64,000 nt of DNA, taken from contig JBFOMH010000019.1 of assembly GCA_040830765.1 (NCBI GenBank), positions 32,001 through 96,000 of the forward strand. The letters run 5' to 3'. Position numbers and translations under genes: made by a program. The notes beneath the pieces are model-generated. The model searched no databases. It saw only the letters and a program-made list of their open reading frames with translations, and was not told the origin of the DNA. The number at the start of each line of letters is the position of its first letter. The first letter of the stretch is position 1. This document shows positions 10,082-19,183 of the stretch, piece by piece. The DNA is from Puniceicoccaceae bacterium (GTDB lineage Bacteria > Verrucomicrobiota > Verrucomicrobiia > Opitutales > Oceanipulchritudinaceae).

Positions 10082-12175
10082 CCGGTGCCGGGTACCGTCC
10101 TTGAGGGTGCCATCCAAAATCAAGGAGGACCTTTCCTCATCGATTGACGCGGTAGCCGTTCCCGAGGCCGTCCGGCAACTCCACTTCCCCGACTGCTCCG
10201 TCCATGCCCCGAGGTCCGCGATCGGACTGGACGCAAACAGGGTCAGGATCCGGCAGTGCCTGTCTTTCAGGATCCACTCCAGGTAGGGTTCCTTTCGCTG
10301 CTCCAGGGCTTCACCGGTTCGATCCCGGTCATAGGGAGCAGCGTAGGCATGCCGCCTCATCGAGAACGCTTGCACCGCTCCCTTCAGTGGCTGGACAAAC
10401 CCGGCCACCCTGGCCTTGCCGTCCTCAACCAGGAAATGTCCGGAGTCATCATACCGCGGTGGAGCAATCGTGTGCCAGCGCAGCGATATCGCCTCTTCCT
10501 TTGACAACTCCGCTTCATCGAGCACAGCCACCCATCCGGGCAGCAAATGGATAACCGTTCGACGAACTTGAACCACCCCTTCATAGGCATGGCTCAAATC
10601 CAACTGCCAGACACCGCCCTTTTCATCAAAGTTTGCCTGCAGGATGCGGCCGTTGTAGTTTTCAAAATCGATCAACCCCTTGACGCCGCGGTCCTGCGGC
10701 GGATGTCGCTGCTCCCTACCGCCAAACATCAAGACGTTGTGCCCGCTGGTGGAAGCATTGTAGTACCGGTAGCGCGCATCATCAAAAAAGTCCTCGGGAT
10801 AGCTCGAAGGGGATCCCGGGTCGGTAATCATACGTCGCCCCTGCACGTCGATACATAGTTGACCAAGATCATTATGACCATGGTTATGCGCCCGTTTGGC
10901 CTTTCCATAGATGATCATTTCCGGCCTCTCCGCATTCCAACTGGAGCGACTGAATATCAGGGCACTGTTTCCGTGATAGGCAATGCCGAGAGGCAACTGG
11001 CCCTCGGGAGAAATGCCTTCAAGGGACGGATCCAGCCAAAGCAGCTCATAGGGGTTCGTTCCCGCCTCCATATGCCGGACAGCATAGCCCTGTACGACAG
11101 GATTGCGCGTAGCCGCGGCAATAGCGGTTATGTAGGCCACATCGACGGGTGCCTCGGCATGACTGTCGCCAAAGGCGGCAAAACGTCCCGGTGGCAATGT
11201 CGCATGAATCGTCCATTCCGCCGTCTCCGGGAACGGCGTCCGCGCTAGGGGATTGTCCGTTCCTCCAAGGTGATAATAGAGGGCATTGAAGTAGGCCACG
11301 GGAATGCGGGTCGCTCCTGAGTAGGCAACCGACTCGTTGAAGGACCCGTCTTCCCCGTAAATACTCAGGTACCTTTGCATTTTCGGCAGGGAAATCTCCA
11401 CCAGTCGCCCGGCCTCCGGGTGGTCAGAACCCAAGGCCATCCCGGCAACGCCAAGCCCGCCGATAATCACCGTGTACCAGTTGTTCATGTCATGGCTCCA
11501 CCACGGATCCTGCTCCATGCTGGTCAGATAAGGCTCGATTCCACGACGGGATAGTCCCTCGATTATCCACTCCCGTTCCTTTGTCGTTAAAAATGGATAC
11601 AGCCAGTCGTAAGCAAGGCCGACATCCTGGGAGAGCATGCCGGTCCTCAGGTCAGCCGGGTGGCCAAACCGCAAATGGGCCTGGTCAATCCAGTCCGGCC
11701 ACACGGCCTCGTCAAACAGTGCCTCCATCTGCCGCAGGGCCGCCCGCTTGTAATCCTCCCTCTCTGTCACATGAAGGGCTACGGCATGGCGCAGGATCCG
11801 CTGTCCCGCTGCCCGGCAAACCGTGTAATCCGGATTATTGCTTTCCGCGGCGCTGGCTGGACGGCCCGGAAACATCGAGTGACAGGTCAATGGTGACGCC
11901 TCCTGCTCACTTTCGCAGAGTTCCAGCATGGATTGCCACATCCGGCGGGCCAGTCCGGGTTCCTTGATCGACCGACGGACAGCATCCACCGTCCGCAATC
12001 CCCCCAAACCATCCATCCGCCAATAAATGTGGGGATGTGCCACCTTGCCTGCTAGGCCAGGCTTGTTGCCGTGCAATAGTCCCGGCCAGGAGAGGCTTCC
12101 TAGCGTCAACAGCCCGAGACGCGCGAGGGCCTCGCGTCGCCCGGTCAAATCGTTTCCGCGGTTAGGCTTGTCCAC
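10064..12175 (-). CDS. Tat-exported heparinase II/III-family polysaccharide lyase-like protein
   Basis: N-terminal TGRREALARLGLL twin-arginine signal; NNW, DGSFNESVAY, HNHGHNDLG and HNVL motifs. The 3' end overlaps the convergent oxidoreductase gene by 18 bp. Confidence 0.75.
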   Translation of the reverse strand: MDKPNRGNDLTGRREALARLGLLTLGSLSWPGLLHGNKPGLAGKVAHPHIYWRMDGLGGLRTVDAVRRSIKEPGLARRMWQSMLELCESEQEASPLTCHSMFPGRPASAAESNNPDYTVCRAAGQRILRHAVALHVTEREDYKRAALRQMEALFDEAVWPDWIDQAHLRFGHPADLRTGMLSQDVGLAYDWLYPFLTTKEREWIIEGLSRRGIEPYLTSMEQDPWWSHDMNNWYTVIIGGLGVAGMALGSDHPEAGRLVEISLPKMQRYLSIYGEDGSFNESVAYSGATRIPVAYFNALYYHLGGTDNPLARTPFPETAEWTIHATLPPGRFAAFGDSHAEAPVDVAYITAIAAATRNPVVQGYAVRHMEAGTNPYELLWLDPSLEGISPEGQLPLGIAYHGNSALIFSRSSWNAERPEMIIYGKAKRAHNHGHNDLGQLCIDVQGRRMITDPGSPSSYPEDFFDDARYRYYNASTSGHNVLMFGGREQRHPPQDRGVKGLIDFENYNGRILQANFDEKGGVWQLDLSHAYEGVVQVRRTVIHLLPGWVAVLDEAELSKEEAISLRWHTIAPPRYDDSGHFLVEDGKARVAGFVQPLKGAVQAFSMRRHAYAAPYDRDRTGEALEQRKEPYLEWILKDRHCRILTLFASSPIADLGAWTEQSGKWSCRTASGTATASIDEERSSLILDGTLKDGTRHRLSVSL

Positions 12176-12177
12176 GA

Positions 12178-13185
12178 TTACCAGCGGTGCGGATGCGGTC
12201 CAAACTCCGCGTTGTAGAAGGGGGAAACCATCGAGCCAGGTGGAACGATGGCATCCACCTTGGCAAAGTCTTCCTCAGTCAGCTCCACCTCTGCCGCCTT
12301 CAGGTTGTCCTCCAGCTGCTCCATTGTCCGTGGCCCGATAATCGGCGACGTCACCCCCGGCTGGGCCATAACCCAGGCCAGGGCGAACTGGGACAGGGTC
12401 ACACCCTTTTCCTCAGCGACCGGCAGCAACTTTTCCACGACATCCAACGCGTCCTCGGTGTAGCGCCGCTGCAGGACCTCAAATTGATTCATGACAAAGC
12501 GGCTGTCCGCCGGCCGTTCCTCTCCCTTGCGGTACTTGCCGGTCAGCAGCCCGGCTGCCAACGGACTCCACGGGATGGTGGCAATGCTGTAGGTCCGGGC
12601 CATCGGAAGCAATTCCCGCTCGATGCGGCGGTCGAGGATATTGTAGGGCGGCTGCTCGCAGACGATCCGGTTCAGCCCAAGCTCCTTGGAGGCCCACAGG
12701 GACTCCACTACCTGCCAGGCGGCAAAGGTGCTGCTGCCGATGTAGCGCACTTTCCCGGCCCGAATCAGATCGTCCAGGGCCCGAAGGGTCTCGTCAATGG
12801 CGATTTCCGGCCGCGGCCGGTGCAGCTGGTACAAGTCAATCCAGTCGGTCCCGAGACGCTTCAGGCTGGCCTCACATTGCTGGATGATATGGCGCCGTGA
12901 AGTCCTCCAGGCATTGGGATCGTCGTCGTCCATCGGACCATGCACCTTTGTTGCGAGGACAATTTGGTCCCGCTTGCCATTGCGCTTCAGGGCCTCCCCG
13001 GTGACCTCCTCGCTCCCGCCGCGGGAGTAGACGTTTGCCGTATCCAGGAAATTGATCCCCGCTTCAATCGATCGGTCGATGATGCGACAGGAATCTTCCA
13101 GATCGGTCCGAGCCCCAAACATCATGCAGCCGAGGCACAAGTTACTCACGCTTACGCCGGTTCTTCCAAAATCAACTTGTTTCAT
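12178..13185 (-). CDS. Aldo/keto reductase
   Basis: LCLGCMMFG, DTANVY, ATKV, DLYQLH, PWSPLAAGLLTGKY and IIGPRTMEQL motifs. Confidence 0.93.
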   Translation of the reverse strand: MKQVDFGRTGVSVSNLCLGCMMFGARTDLEDSCRIIDRSIEAGINFLDTANVYSRGGSEEVTGEALKRNGKRDQIVLATKVHGPMDDDDPNAWRTSRRHIIQQCEASLKRLGTDWIDLYQLHRPRPEIAIDETLRALDDLIRAGKVRYIGSSTFAAWQVVESLWASKELGLNRIVCEQPPYNILDRRIERELLPMARTYSIATIPWSPLAAGLLTGKYRKGEERPADSRFVMNQFEVLQRRYTEDALDVVEKLLPVAEEKGVTLSQFALAWVMAQPGVTSPIIGPRTMEQLEDNLKAAEVELTEEDFAKVDAIVPPGSMVSPFYNAEFGPHPHRW

Positions 13186-13238
13186 GGAACCCTCCTACAA
13201 GGAATCCATCCATCCGACAATCCCTTTTCGGAATCCCC

Positions 13239-13523
13239 TTATTTCTCCGGCACCACCACCTGAAGCAAGTCCCCGATTGTGCAATGATCCTCAAGCGGGT
13301 GACGCAGGCGGATTTCCGGATGCATCTCGTACTTGTTCCGCCGGCCTTCCCGGGTGCGTATCAAATATCCCGCTTCCTCAAGGTCGCTGATAATCCGCTG
13401 CACCGCTCGCTCGGTGATGCCTACCGCCAACGCCACTTCCCGCAGCGATTGCTCGGGATTCCGCACCAGACACACCATCACATGGGCGTGGTTTGTGAAG
13501 AATGTCCATTCGTGTCCACTCAC
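13239..13523 (-). CDS. Small winged helix-turn-helix transcriptional regulator (AsnC/MarR-like wHTH)
   Basis: WTFFTNHAHV N-terminus, LREVALAVGITERAVQRIISDL HTH and REGRRNKY wing; divergent from the sbtA-like gene. Confidence 0.85.
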   Translation of the reverse strand: MSGHEWTFFTNHAHVMVCLVRNPEQSLREVALAVGITERAVQRIISDLEEAGYLIRTREGRRNKYEMHPEIRLRHPLEDHCTIGDLLQVVVPEK

Positions 13524-13559
13524 AACGCTGTTAGCCTATCCGTTTCTTCTCCTATGTAA

Positions 13560-13633
13560 ATACAGAAATTCATTTCCTGAATTTTCCAACATAATGCTTG
13601 CCATCGCCAAAATACGACAATTAGTTCGTGAAT
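13560..13633. promoter_or_regulatory. Candidate operator pair for the wHTH regulator
   Basis: Imperfect 9-5-9 inverted repeat ATACAGAAA-TTCAT-TTCCTGAAT (13560-13582) and a related copy AAATACGACAATTAGTTCGTGAAT (13610-13633) in the divergent intergenic region. Confidence 0.45.
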
Positions 13634-13665
13634 TAAATAACCGAATAGAAGTAGGAGAGAAGGAG

Positions 13666-14631
13666 ATGGAAGCAATCCTGATATTGAGCAAGAACCTGCT
13701 GTCGCCGCCCGTAATTGCGTTTGGAACGGGGATGGCGGCGGTCTGGTCGCGGAGCGACCTGAAGTTCCCGGAGCAGGTCTACCAGGCACTGACGATCTAC
13801 CTGTTGCTGGCGATCGGCTTCAAGGGAGGGGGTGCCTTGGCGCAGGCGAGTCCGGGCGAGCTGGTCTTGCCGTTGCTGGCGACACTGCTGTTAGGGGCGT
13901 TAATCCCGGCAGCAGTTTTTTTTGGGACGCGCCGGTTGCTGGGGCTGGGGACGGCAGACGCGGCCGCGATGGGGGCGCATTACGGCTCGGTCTCGGCAGT
14001 GACCTTCATGGCCTGCCTGGCCTTTCTGGACCGGCAAACGGTCGCCTACGAGGCCTATCTTCCGGCGGTGATGGCGGCCATGGAGATACCGGCGATCTTC
14101 GTGGCCTTGCTGTTGGCGAGGCGCTTCTGCAAGGATGTGACGGTCTCGCTTGGGGAATCGATCCGGGAGGTAATGACCGGCAAGAGCCTGGTGCTGCTGA
14201 TGTGCGGCCTGGCCGCGGGGGCAGTTGCCGGGCAGGATGGGCGTGAGCTGATGCATCCCTTCCTGGTAGCGCCGTTTTTCGGGGTCCTGATGCTCTTCTT
14301 GCTGGAGATGGGCCTGGTCGCTGGCGAGAAACTGAAGGATGCGCGGAAAATCGGCCTCCCTCTACTGTTATTTGCCCTCGCGGCACCGATCCTCCAGGGT
14401 GCTTTTGGGTTGCTCCTGGGCTGGCTGATTGGGCTCTCACAGGGTGGTGCCGTGGTTTTCGGGGTCCTTGCGGCCAGCGCATCCTACATTGCTGCGCCGG
14501 CCGCCGTACGGGTTTCCCTGCCGGAGGCCAACCCGGCCTATTACGTGACGGCCTCCCTTGGCATCACCTTCCCGTTTAATCTTGTTTTCGGGATCCCGTT
14601 GATTTTTCAGCTGAGTCAGTATCTTTATTAG
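13666..14631 (+). CDS. sbtA: Sodium-dependent bicarbonate transport family permease (SbtA-like)
   Basis: NLLSP, YLLLAIGFKGG, AHYGSVSAVTF, MEIPAI, FLLEMG, ASASYIAAPAA and LGITFPFN motifs; GGAG-rich RBS before ATG 13666. Confidence 0.9.
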   Translation: MEAILILSKNLLSPPVIAFGTGMAAVWSRSDLKFPEQVYQALTIYLLLAIGFKGGGALAQASPGELVLPLLATLLLGALIPAAVFFGTRRLLGLGTADAAAMGAHYGSVSAVTFMACLAFLDRQTVAYEAYLPAVMAAMEIPAIFVALLLARRFCKDVTVSLGESIREVMTGKSLVLLMCGLAAGAVAGQDGRELMHPFLVAPFFGVLMLFLLEMGLVAGEKLKDARKIGLPLLLFALAAPILQGAFGLLLGWLIGLSQGGAVVFGVLAASASYIAAPAAVRVSLPEANPAYYVTASLGITFPFNLVFGIPLIFQLSQYLY

Positions 14632-14637
14632 GAAAGC

Positions 14638-17304
14638 ATGCCGGACAAACCCACAGCCAAACCATTCCGTAAACTCGTCTCAAAGGGCCTTCAACAGGTA
14701 CGAAAGGAACATGAGTTCCTGGCCAACGTATTTGCCGAGGTTTTGGAGGAAACCGGTGAGCAGGCTGCGGCGCGATACATCCGGCGGGGTTTGAAAGATG
14801 AATGGTCCGGCGAGATGAAGGCCTCGACCGTCCAGGCTGTCTCCTTTTTCTTCCAGCTCCTCAACCTGGCCGAGGAACACACGGCCAACAGCATTCGGCG
14901 GGTACGGGAAAAGAAAGCCGGCCCGGATGCAGAACCGGGGCACTGGGGAAATTACTTCAGCCGGCTCAAGGAGCTGGGATACGGGCATGAGGACGTGCGA
15001 CAGGAACTGGCTGGCTTGCGTATCGAGCCGGTCTTCACCAAGCATCCCACCGAAGCCAAGAACTGGGCTGTCCTTGGCCTGCACCGGGAAATTATCCGCA
15101 TCCTCAATCGCCGGGAAGGGGCGAAAACCGAATTTGAGCTCACCGAATGCGCGCGTGAGATGCGGGCTATCCTGGAGCGCCTCTGGTTGACCGGGGAAAT
15201 CTTCCTGCAGAAGCCGGAAGTGGAGGATGAGCTGGAGAACCTCACCTACTACCTCCGGGAGGTGTTCCCCAACGTCTTTGACCGGCTGGACTCGCGACTG
15301 CGCTATGCCTGGAAGACAGCGTGGCCGGAAGCCCCTCCCCTTTCGGACGAGGAATTGCCGTCGCTGGCTTTTGGTTCGTGGGTTGGGGGTGACCGGGACG
15401 GGCATCCCAAGGTCACCGCACCCGTTACCCGGCAATCCCTTCTTTCCATGCGCGGCAATGCCGTTGAGATCCTCCAGGACCGCCTGCGGGAACTCGAGCG
15501 CAAGCTCTCCTTCAGCATCCTTCACGTCCAGGCCCCTGAGCCGCTGGCCCTCCGCTTGAAGGAGTGGAACCAGACCGGTTGGGAACGCCGGCCCTGGGCA
15601 GCCTATGTCAACTGCCTCCGGGAGCGGGTCGAATCTGTCCATTCCCCAGTGCTTATTGAAGATCTTGAGCAACTTCGAAACTGCCTCCTGCAGGTCGGGG
15701 CCGACCATACAGCCGCGGTCCATGTCAGTCCCTTGATCCGGCAGATCCGGACATTCGGACACCACCTGGCCCGCCTGGATGTCCGGCAGAACAGCGATTT
15801 CTACCAGAAGGCCCTGGTCCAGATGATGGAAGCGGCGGGCATTGAGGATGCCTCGTCCTTTCCGGACTGGCCCCTGCAACGGCGTCTGGATTTTCTCAAT
15901 CGTGAACTCTCCCACCCGCGTCCACTGACCCACCCTTCAATGGAACTGCCATTGGAAGCCCACGAGGCGCGCGCCAGCTTGTCGGTCCTACAAGCACATC
16001 TGGAGCAATATGGGCGCAACGGACTCGGTGCCCTCATTGTCAGCATGACCCGGGACCTGGCCGATCTCCTGACCCTCTATGTCCTCTGCAAGGAGGCTGG
16101 CCTGACCCAATTTGTCAGTGGCAACGTCCAATGCCAGCTTCCGGTGGTTCCCCTGTTCGAGACCTATGACGACCTGGAAGCCGCCCCAGGCATCATAGAG
16201 GACTTTATCCAGCATCCCTGCACCCGGAACAGCCTGACCGCCCTGCCGGAAGGCCAGCGCAGTCTCATCATCATGCTGGGCTATAGCGACAGCAACAAGG
16301 ACGCTGGCATCATCGCCAGCCAGTGGAGCCTGCGCAAAGCCCAGGAGCGGCTGCTTGAAGTGGGTCGCAACCACGGCATCTCCCTGACCTTTTTCCACGG
16401 GCGCGGCGGCACGGTCGGTCGCGGATCAGGGCCGACCCACCGCTTCCTTGAAGCCCTGCCGAGGGAATCCCTCGAAGGAGGATTGCGCATTACTGAGCAA
16501 GGCGAGGTGATTGGGCAGAAGTACAACACACCTACCAGTGCCGCGGCAAACCTCGAATGGCTCATGGCCGGCAGTCTCGGAGGCAAGCTCCTGGCGGAGA
16601 AGGCGGACACCCCGAAGTCCCTGAAGGACTATATGGAATATATGGCCGTCCAGTCCCGCGCGGCCTATCGCAAGCTTCTCGAACATCCACAGTTCATGAC
16701 CTTCTATCGTCAGGCCACGCCCATCGATGCCATTGAGCACAGCCGGATCGGCTCGCGACCGACGCGACGGACCGGACAAGCTACCCTGGCCGATCTCCGG
16801 GCCATCCCCTGGGTCTTCAGCTGGAACCAGGCGCGGTTCTACCTGCCGGGCTGGTATGGGGTCGGCTCAGCCCTTGAACACCTCGTAAGTAGCGAATCTT
16901 CACTACATAAGAAACTCGTCAGCGACCTGCAGCAGACACCCTTCCTGCGCTACCTGTTCTACAACGTTGAAAGCAGCCTCGCCAGTTGTGACGAAGGCTG
17001 GATGCAAGCCTATGCCGGACTGGTTGAAGATACATCCGTCCGGGAGGAAGTCCTCGCCAAGATACTCGCGGAACACAAGCGGACCACGGAACAGCTGGAA
17101 AACCTCCTCGTCGGAGACATTTCCACCCGTCGGCCAAGGTTCTGGGCCACCCTGCAAGCCCGCGATGCACCCCTCGAGGTGCTGCACCAGCAACAGATTG
17201 ATTTGCTCCAGCGATACCGGAGGAATCCGGATGATGCCACCCTCATCGAGGAGCTCCTCATCGTCGTCAACGCCATTGCCAGCGGCCTCCGGACAACCGG
17301 TTGA
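14638..17304 (+). CDS. ppc: Phosphoenolpyruvate carboxylase
   Basis: VFTKHPTE, GSWVGGDRDGHP, VVPLFET, MLGYSDSNKDAG, FHGRGGTVGRG, LRAIPWVFSWNQ and C-terminal LRTTG motifs. Confidence 0.95.
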   Translation: MPDKPTAKPFRKLVSKGLQQVRKEHEFLANVFAEVLEETGEQAAARYIRRGLKDEWSGEMKASTVQAVSFFFQLLNLAEEHTANSIRRVREKKAGPDAEPGHWGNYFSRLKELGYGHEDVRQELAGLRIEPVFTKHPTEAKNWAVLGLHREIIRILNRREGAKTEFELTECAREMRAILERLWLTGEIFLQKPEVEDELENLTYYLREVFPNVFDRLDSRLRYAWKTAWPEAPPLSDEELPSLAFGSWVGGDRDGHPKVTAPVTRQSLLSMRGNAVEILQDRLRELERKLSFSILHVQAPEPLALRLKEWNQTGWERRPWAAYVNCLRERVESVHSPVLIEDLEQLRNCLLQVGADHTAAVHVSPLIRQIRTFGHHLARLDVRQNSDFYQKALVQMMEAAGIEDASSFPDWPLQRRLDFLNRELSHPRPLTHPSMELPLEAHEARASLSVLQAHLEQYGRNGLGALIVSMTRDLADLLTLYVLCKEAGLTQFVSGNVQCQLPVVPLFETYDDLEAAPGIIEDFIQHPCTRNSLTALPEGQRSLIIMLGYSDSNKDAGIIASQWSLRKAQERLLEVGRNHGISLTFFHGRGGTVGRGSGPTHRFLEALPRESLEGGLRITEQGEVIGQKYNTPTSAAANLEWLMAGSLGGKLLAEKADTPKSLKDYMEYMAVQSRAAYRKLLEHPQFMTFYRQATPIDAIEHSRIGSRPTRRTGQATLADLRAIPWVFSWNQARFYLPGWYGVGSALEHLVSSESSLHKKLVSDLQQTPFLRYLFYNVESSLASCDEGWMQAYAGLVEDTSVREEVLAKILAEHKRTTEQLENLLVGDISTRRPRFWATLQARDAPLEVLHQQQIDLLQRYRRNPDDATLIEELLIVVNAIASGLRTTG

Positions 17305-17344
17305 GGAACGACGCGACGACTCACATTAGGTTCGTCCCTTTTAC

Positions 17345-18991
17345 TCATCTGGGAATATAGACCCATCCGAGGCCAGCAAAGGCTGTGCTTTCAGGGATGT
17401 ATAGCCAGGCTCCCAAACTCAACGACCAGATCCATGGAGCAGCATCGACGATGACCCAACCCAACCAGTCACCAGTATCAGCGTAGCTCCCATTGACGAT
17501 TGGGAACTTCCCCCAACTTGCCCCTCCATTAGTTGACTCGATTACAACGCGGTGGGTCATGTCGGCTTCAAGCTGCACCGAGCTGATATAGGTCTTCCCA
17601 CCATGGAAGACCTCAATGTTGTATACGCCCTTAAAGCCACGGTCAGATTTTCGGCCCATTCCATCCGTTAATCCCTCGAAATGGGTGTGGTACCGGATGC
17701 GGTGTAGATAATACCACACCAGGCCATTGAGTTTGACGGTGCCATCGTAGAAGCACATGGAATGCTCCTCCATCCGCATGTAGGTCCAGGCGAATAGCCC
17801 GTCCACCAATGGATGGCTGTAATAGGTCGTCAGCACCTCCTCCGTTACGCGGGCCCGCTCCTCCTCAGTGAAGTCGTAAGGGTAGAAATTTGTTTCAGTG
17901 TTGTCACGCACCTCGAATTCCGTCCCAACCATCGGCAAGCCATAGATGGAACCAAAATCCTCTAACCGATCGTAGATAACTTCAGGATCCGGATGCTCAA
18001 ATTTGAACCGGCTCTGGAAGCCGATGCGGCTTAGGGGCCCTCCGTCAGCGATGATCCGGTTGATGTTCGTCTTATACTGACCTGAACGCGTTTCGTAATG
18101 ACCCGGGTCCAGCGAACTCGACCGGGCGGAAATGATCTGGAACTCATTAATGAGGAATTGGCAATCCGGCTGGACGGCATTTTCCGCGGCGATCCGGAAC
18201 CACTCCGCCATCTGGTCATAGCCGAGAAGCTCCTGCACCCGGTAGTTGCTGAGGGTCTCGTTGATGACATCCCACTCATAGACACCCCACAGGGAAGCCC
18301 ACTCCGCAATCATGGCATCAACGTTGGCCTTCAATGTCGTCTTCAGTGCATCAATGGTAGCTTGCGGCTTACCGGTGGCAATCGCCGCCTCAACGGCTTC
18401 CACGTCGGACAGGATGTCCGCAGGAAGGTGGTTGTTATTCTCATTGCCTGGCCAGATGAGCAGGTGTCCGCGAACCGGTAATTCGTTTGACTGTGCCCAC
18501 TCCAGGAATCCCGGCAAGAATTGTTCATTGCCCGCACGCAGCTTGGGCTTGAAACCGTTGCCTAGTCCGGCGGCATTGTAAAGCTTGAGGAACAAATTCC
18601 TGTAGCCCTCGGTTGTAAATCCATAATTGGTCAGGATGCTCCTCTCATTGTTGAAGTCCTTCACGCTCATGACTCCGCCAAAGCGGAAGGCATTGCTGGC
18701 CAGGTTAACCTCTACCATTACCCCTTCAACGGGAAAGCCCTGTTGATCCACGACCTCCACCGACAAATTGGCCTTGCGGTGCGACTCAATCCGCTCCTCG
18801 GCCTCTGTTCGCCATTGAGGCAAAGGTCCATCCGGTTTGGCTATCGCTCCAAGGAGCTGCTTCTCGGATTCACTGAGGACCACACCAAGTTCCCCTTCTA
18901 TCTGGTTCACCTCTTCCTGCGTCAACGGGGCACCAAGGACCGGGTAGCAAAGAAGCGCAACCAGGAGCAAATGTATGTGGTACAACTTCAT
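17345..18991 (-). CDS. Secreted GH10-family glycoside hydrolase with Trp-rich C-terminal module
   Basis: Signal peptide MKLYHIHLLLVALLCYPVLGA; VRGHLLIW, WDVINE (acid/base), IGFQS and GTEFEV (nucleophile) motifs. Confidence 0.8.
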   Translation of the reverse strand: MKLYHIHLLLVALLCYPVLGAPLTQEEVNQIEGELGVVLSESEKQLLGAIAKPDGPLPQWRTEAEERIESHRKANLSVEVVDQQGFPVEGVMVEVNLASNAFRFGGVMSVKDFNNERSILTNYGFTTEGYRNLFLKLYNAAGLGNGFKPKLRAGNEQFLPGFLEWAQSNELPVRGHLLIWPGNENNNHLPADILSDVEAVEAAIATGKPQATIDALKTTLKANVDAMIAEWASLWGVYEWDVINETLSNYRVQELLGYDQMAEWFRIAAENAVQPDCQFLINEFQIISARSSSLDPGHYETRSGQYKTNINRIIADGGPLSRIGFQSRFKFEHPDPEVIYDRLEDFGSIYGLPMVGTEFEVRDNTETNFYPYDFTEEERARVTEEVLTTYYSHPLVDGLFAWTYMRMEEHSMCFYDGTVKLNGLVWYYLHRIRYHTHFEGLTDGMGRKSDRGFKGVYNIEVFHGGKTYISSVQLEADMTHRVVIESTNGGASWGKFPIVNGSYADTGDWLGWVIVDAAPWIWSLSLGAWLYIPESTAFAGLGWVYIPR

Positions 18992-19183
18992 CGTTAACTT
19001 CACATTGAGGACAATTACATCCAATTTGTGTAGAGTTAAATGCAATGATATCCTATCGCCATTAAATGAATTACCGTACTAAGTGGTGCGTATTTGCAGT
19101 ACAATTCTTAATGATATAATTGTGAACTGGCATTGTCAAATGAGGTTCACCAAGGGAAATTAGTGCTATCAATCCTCCGCATA

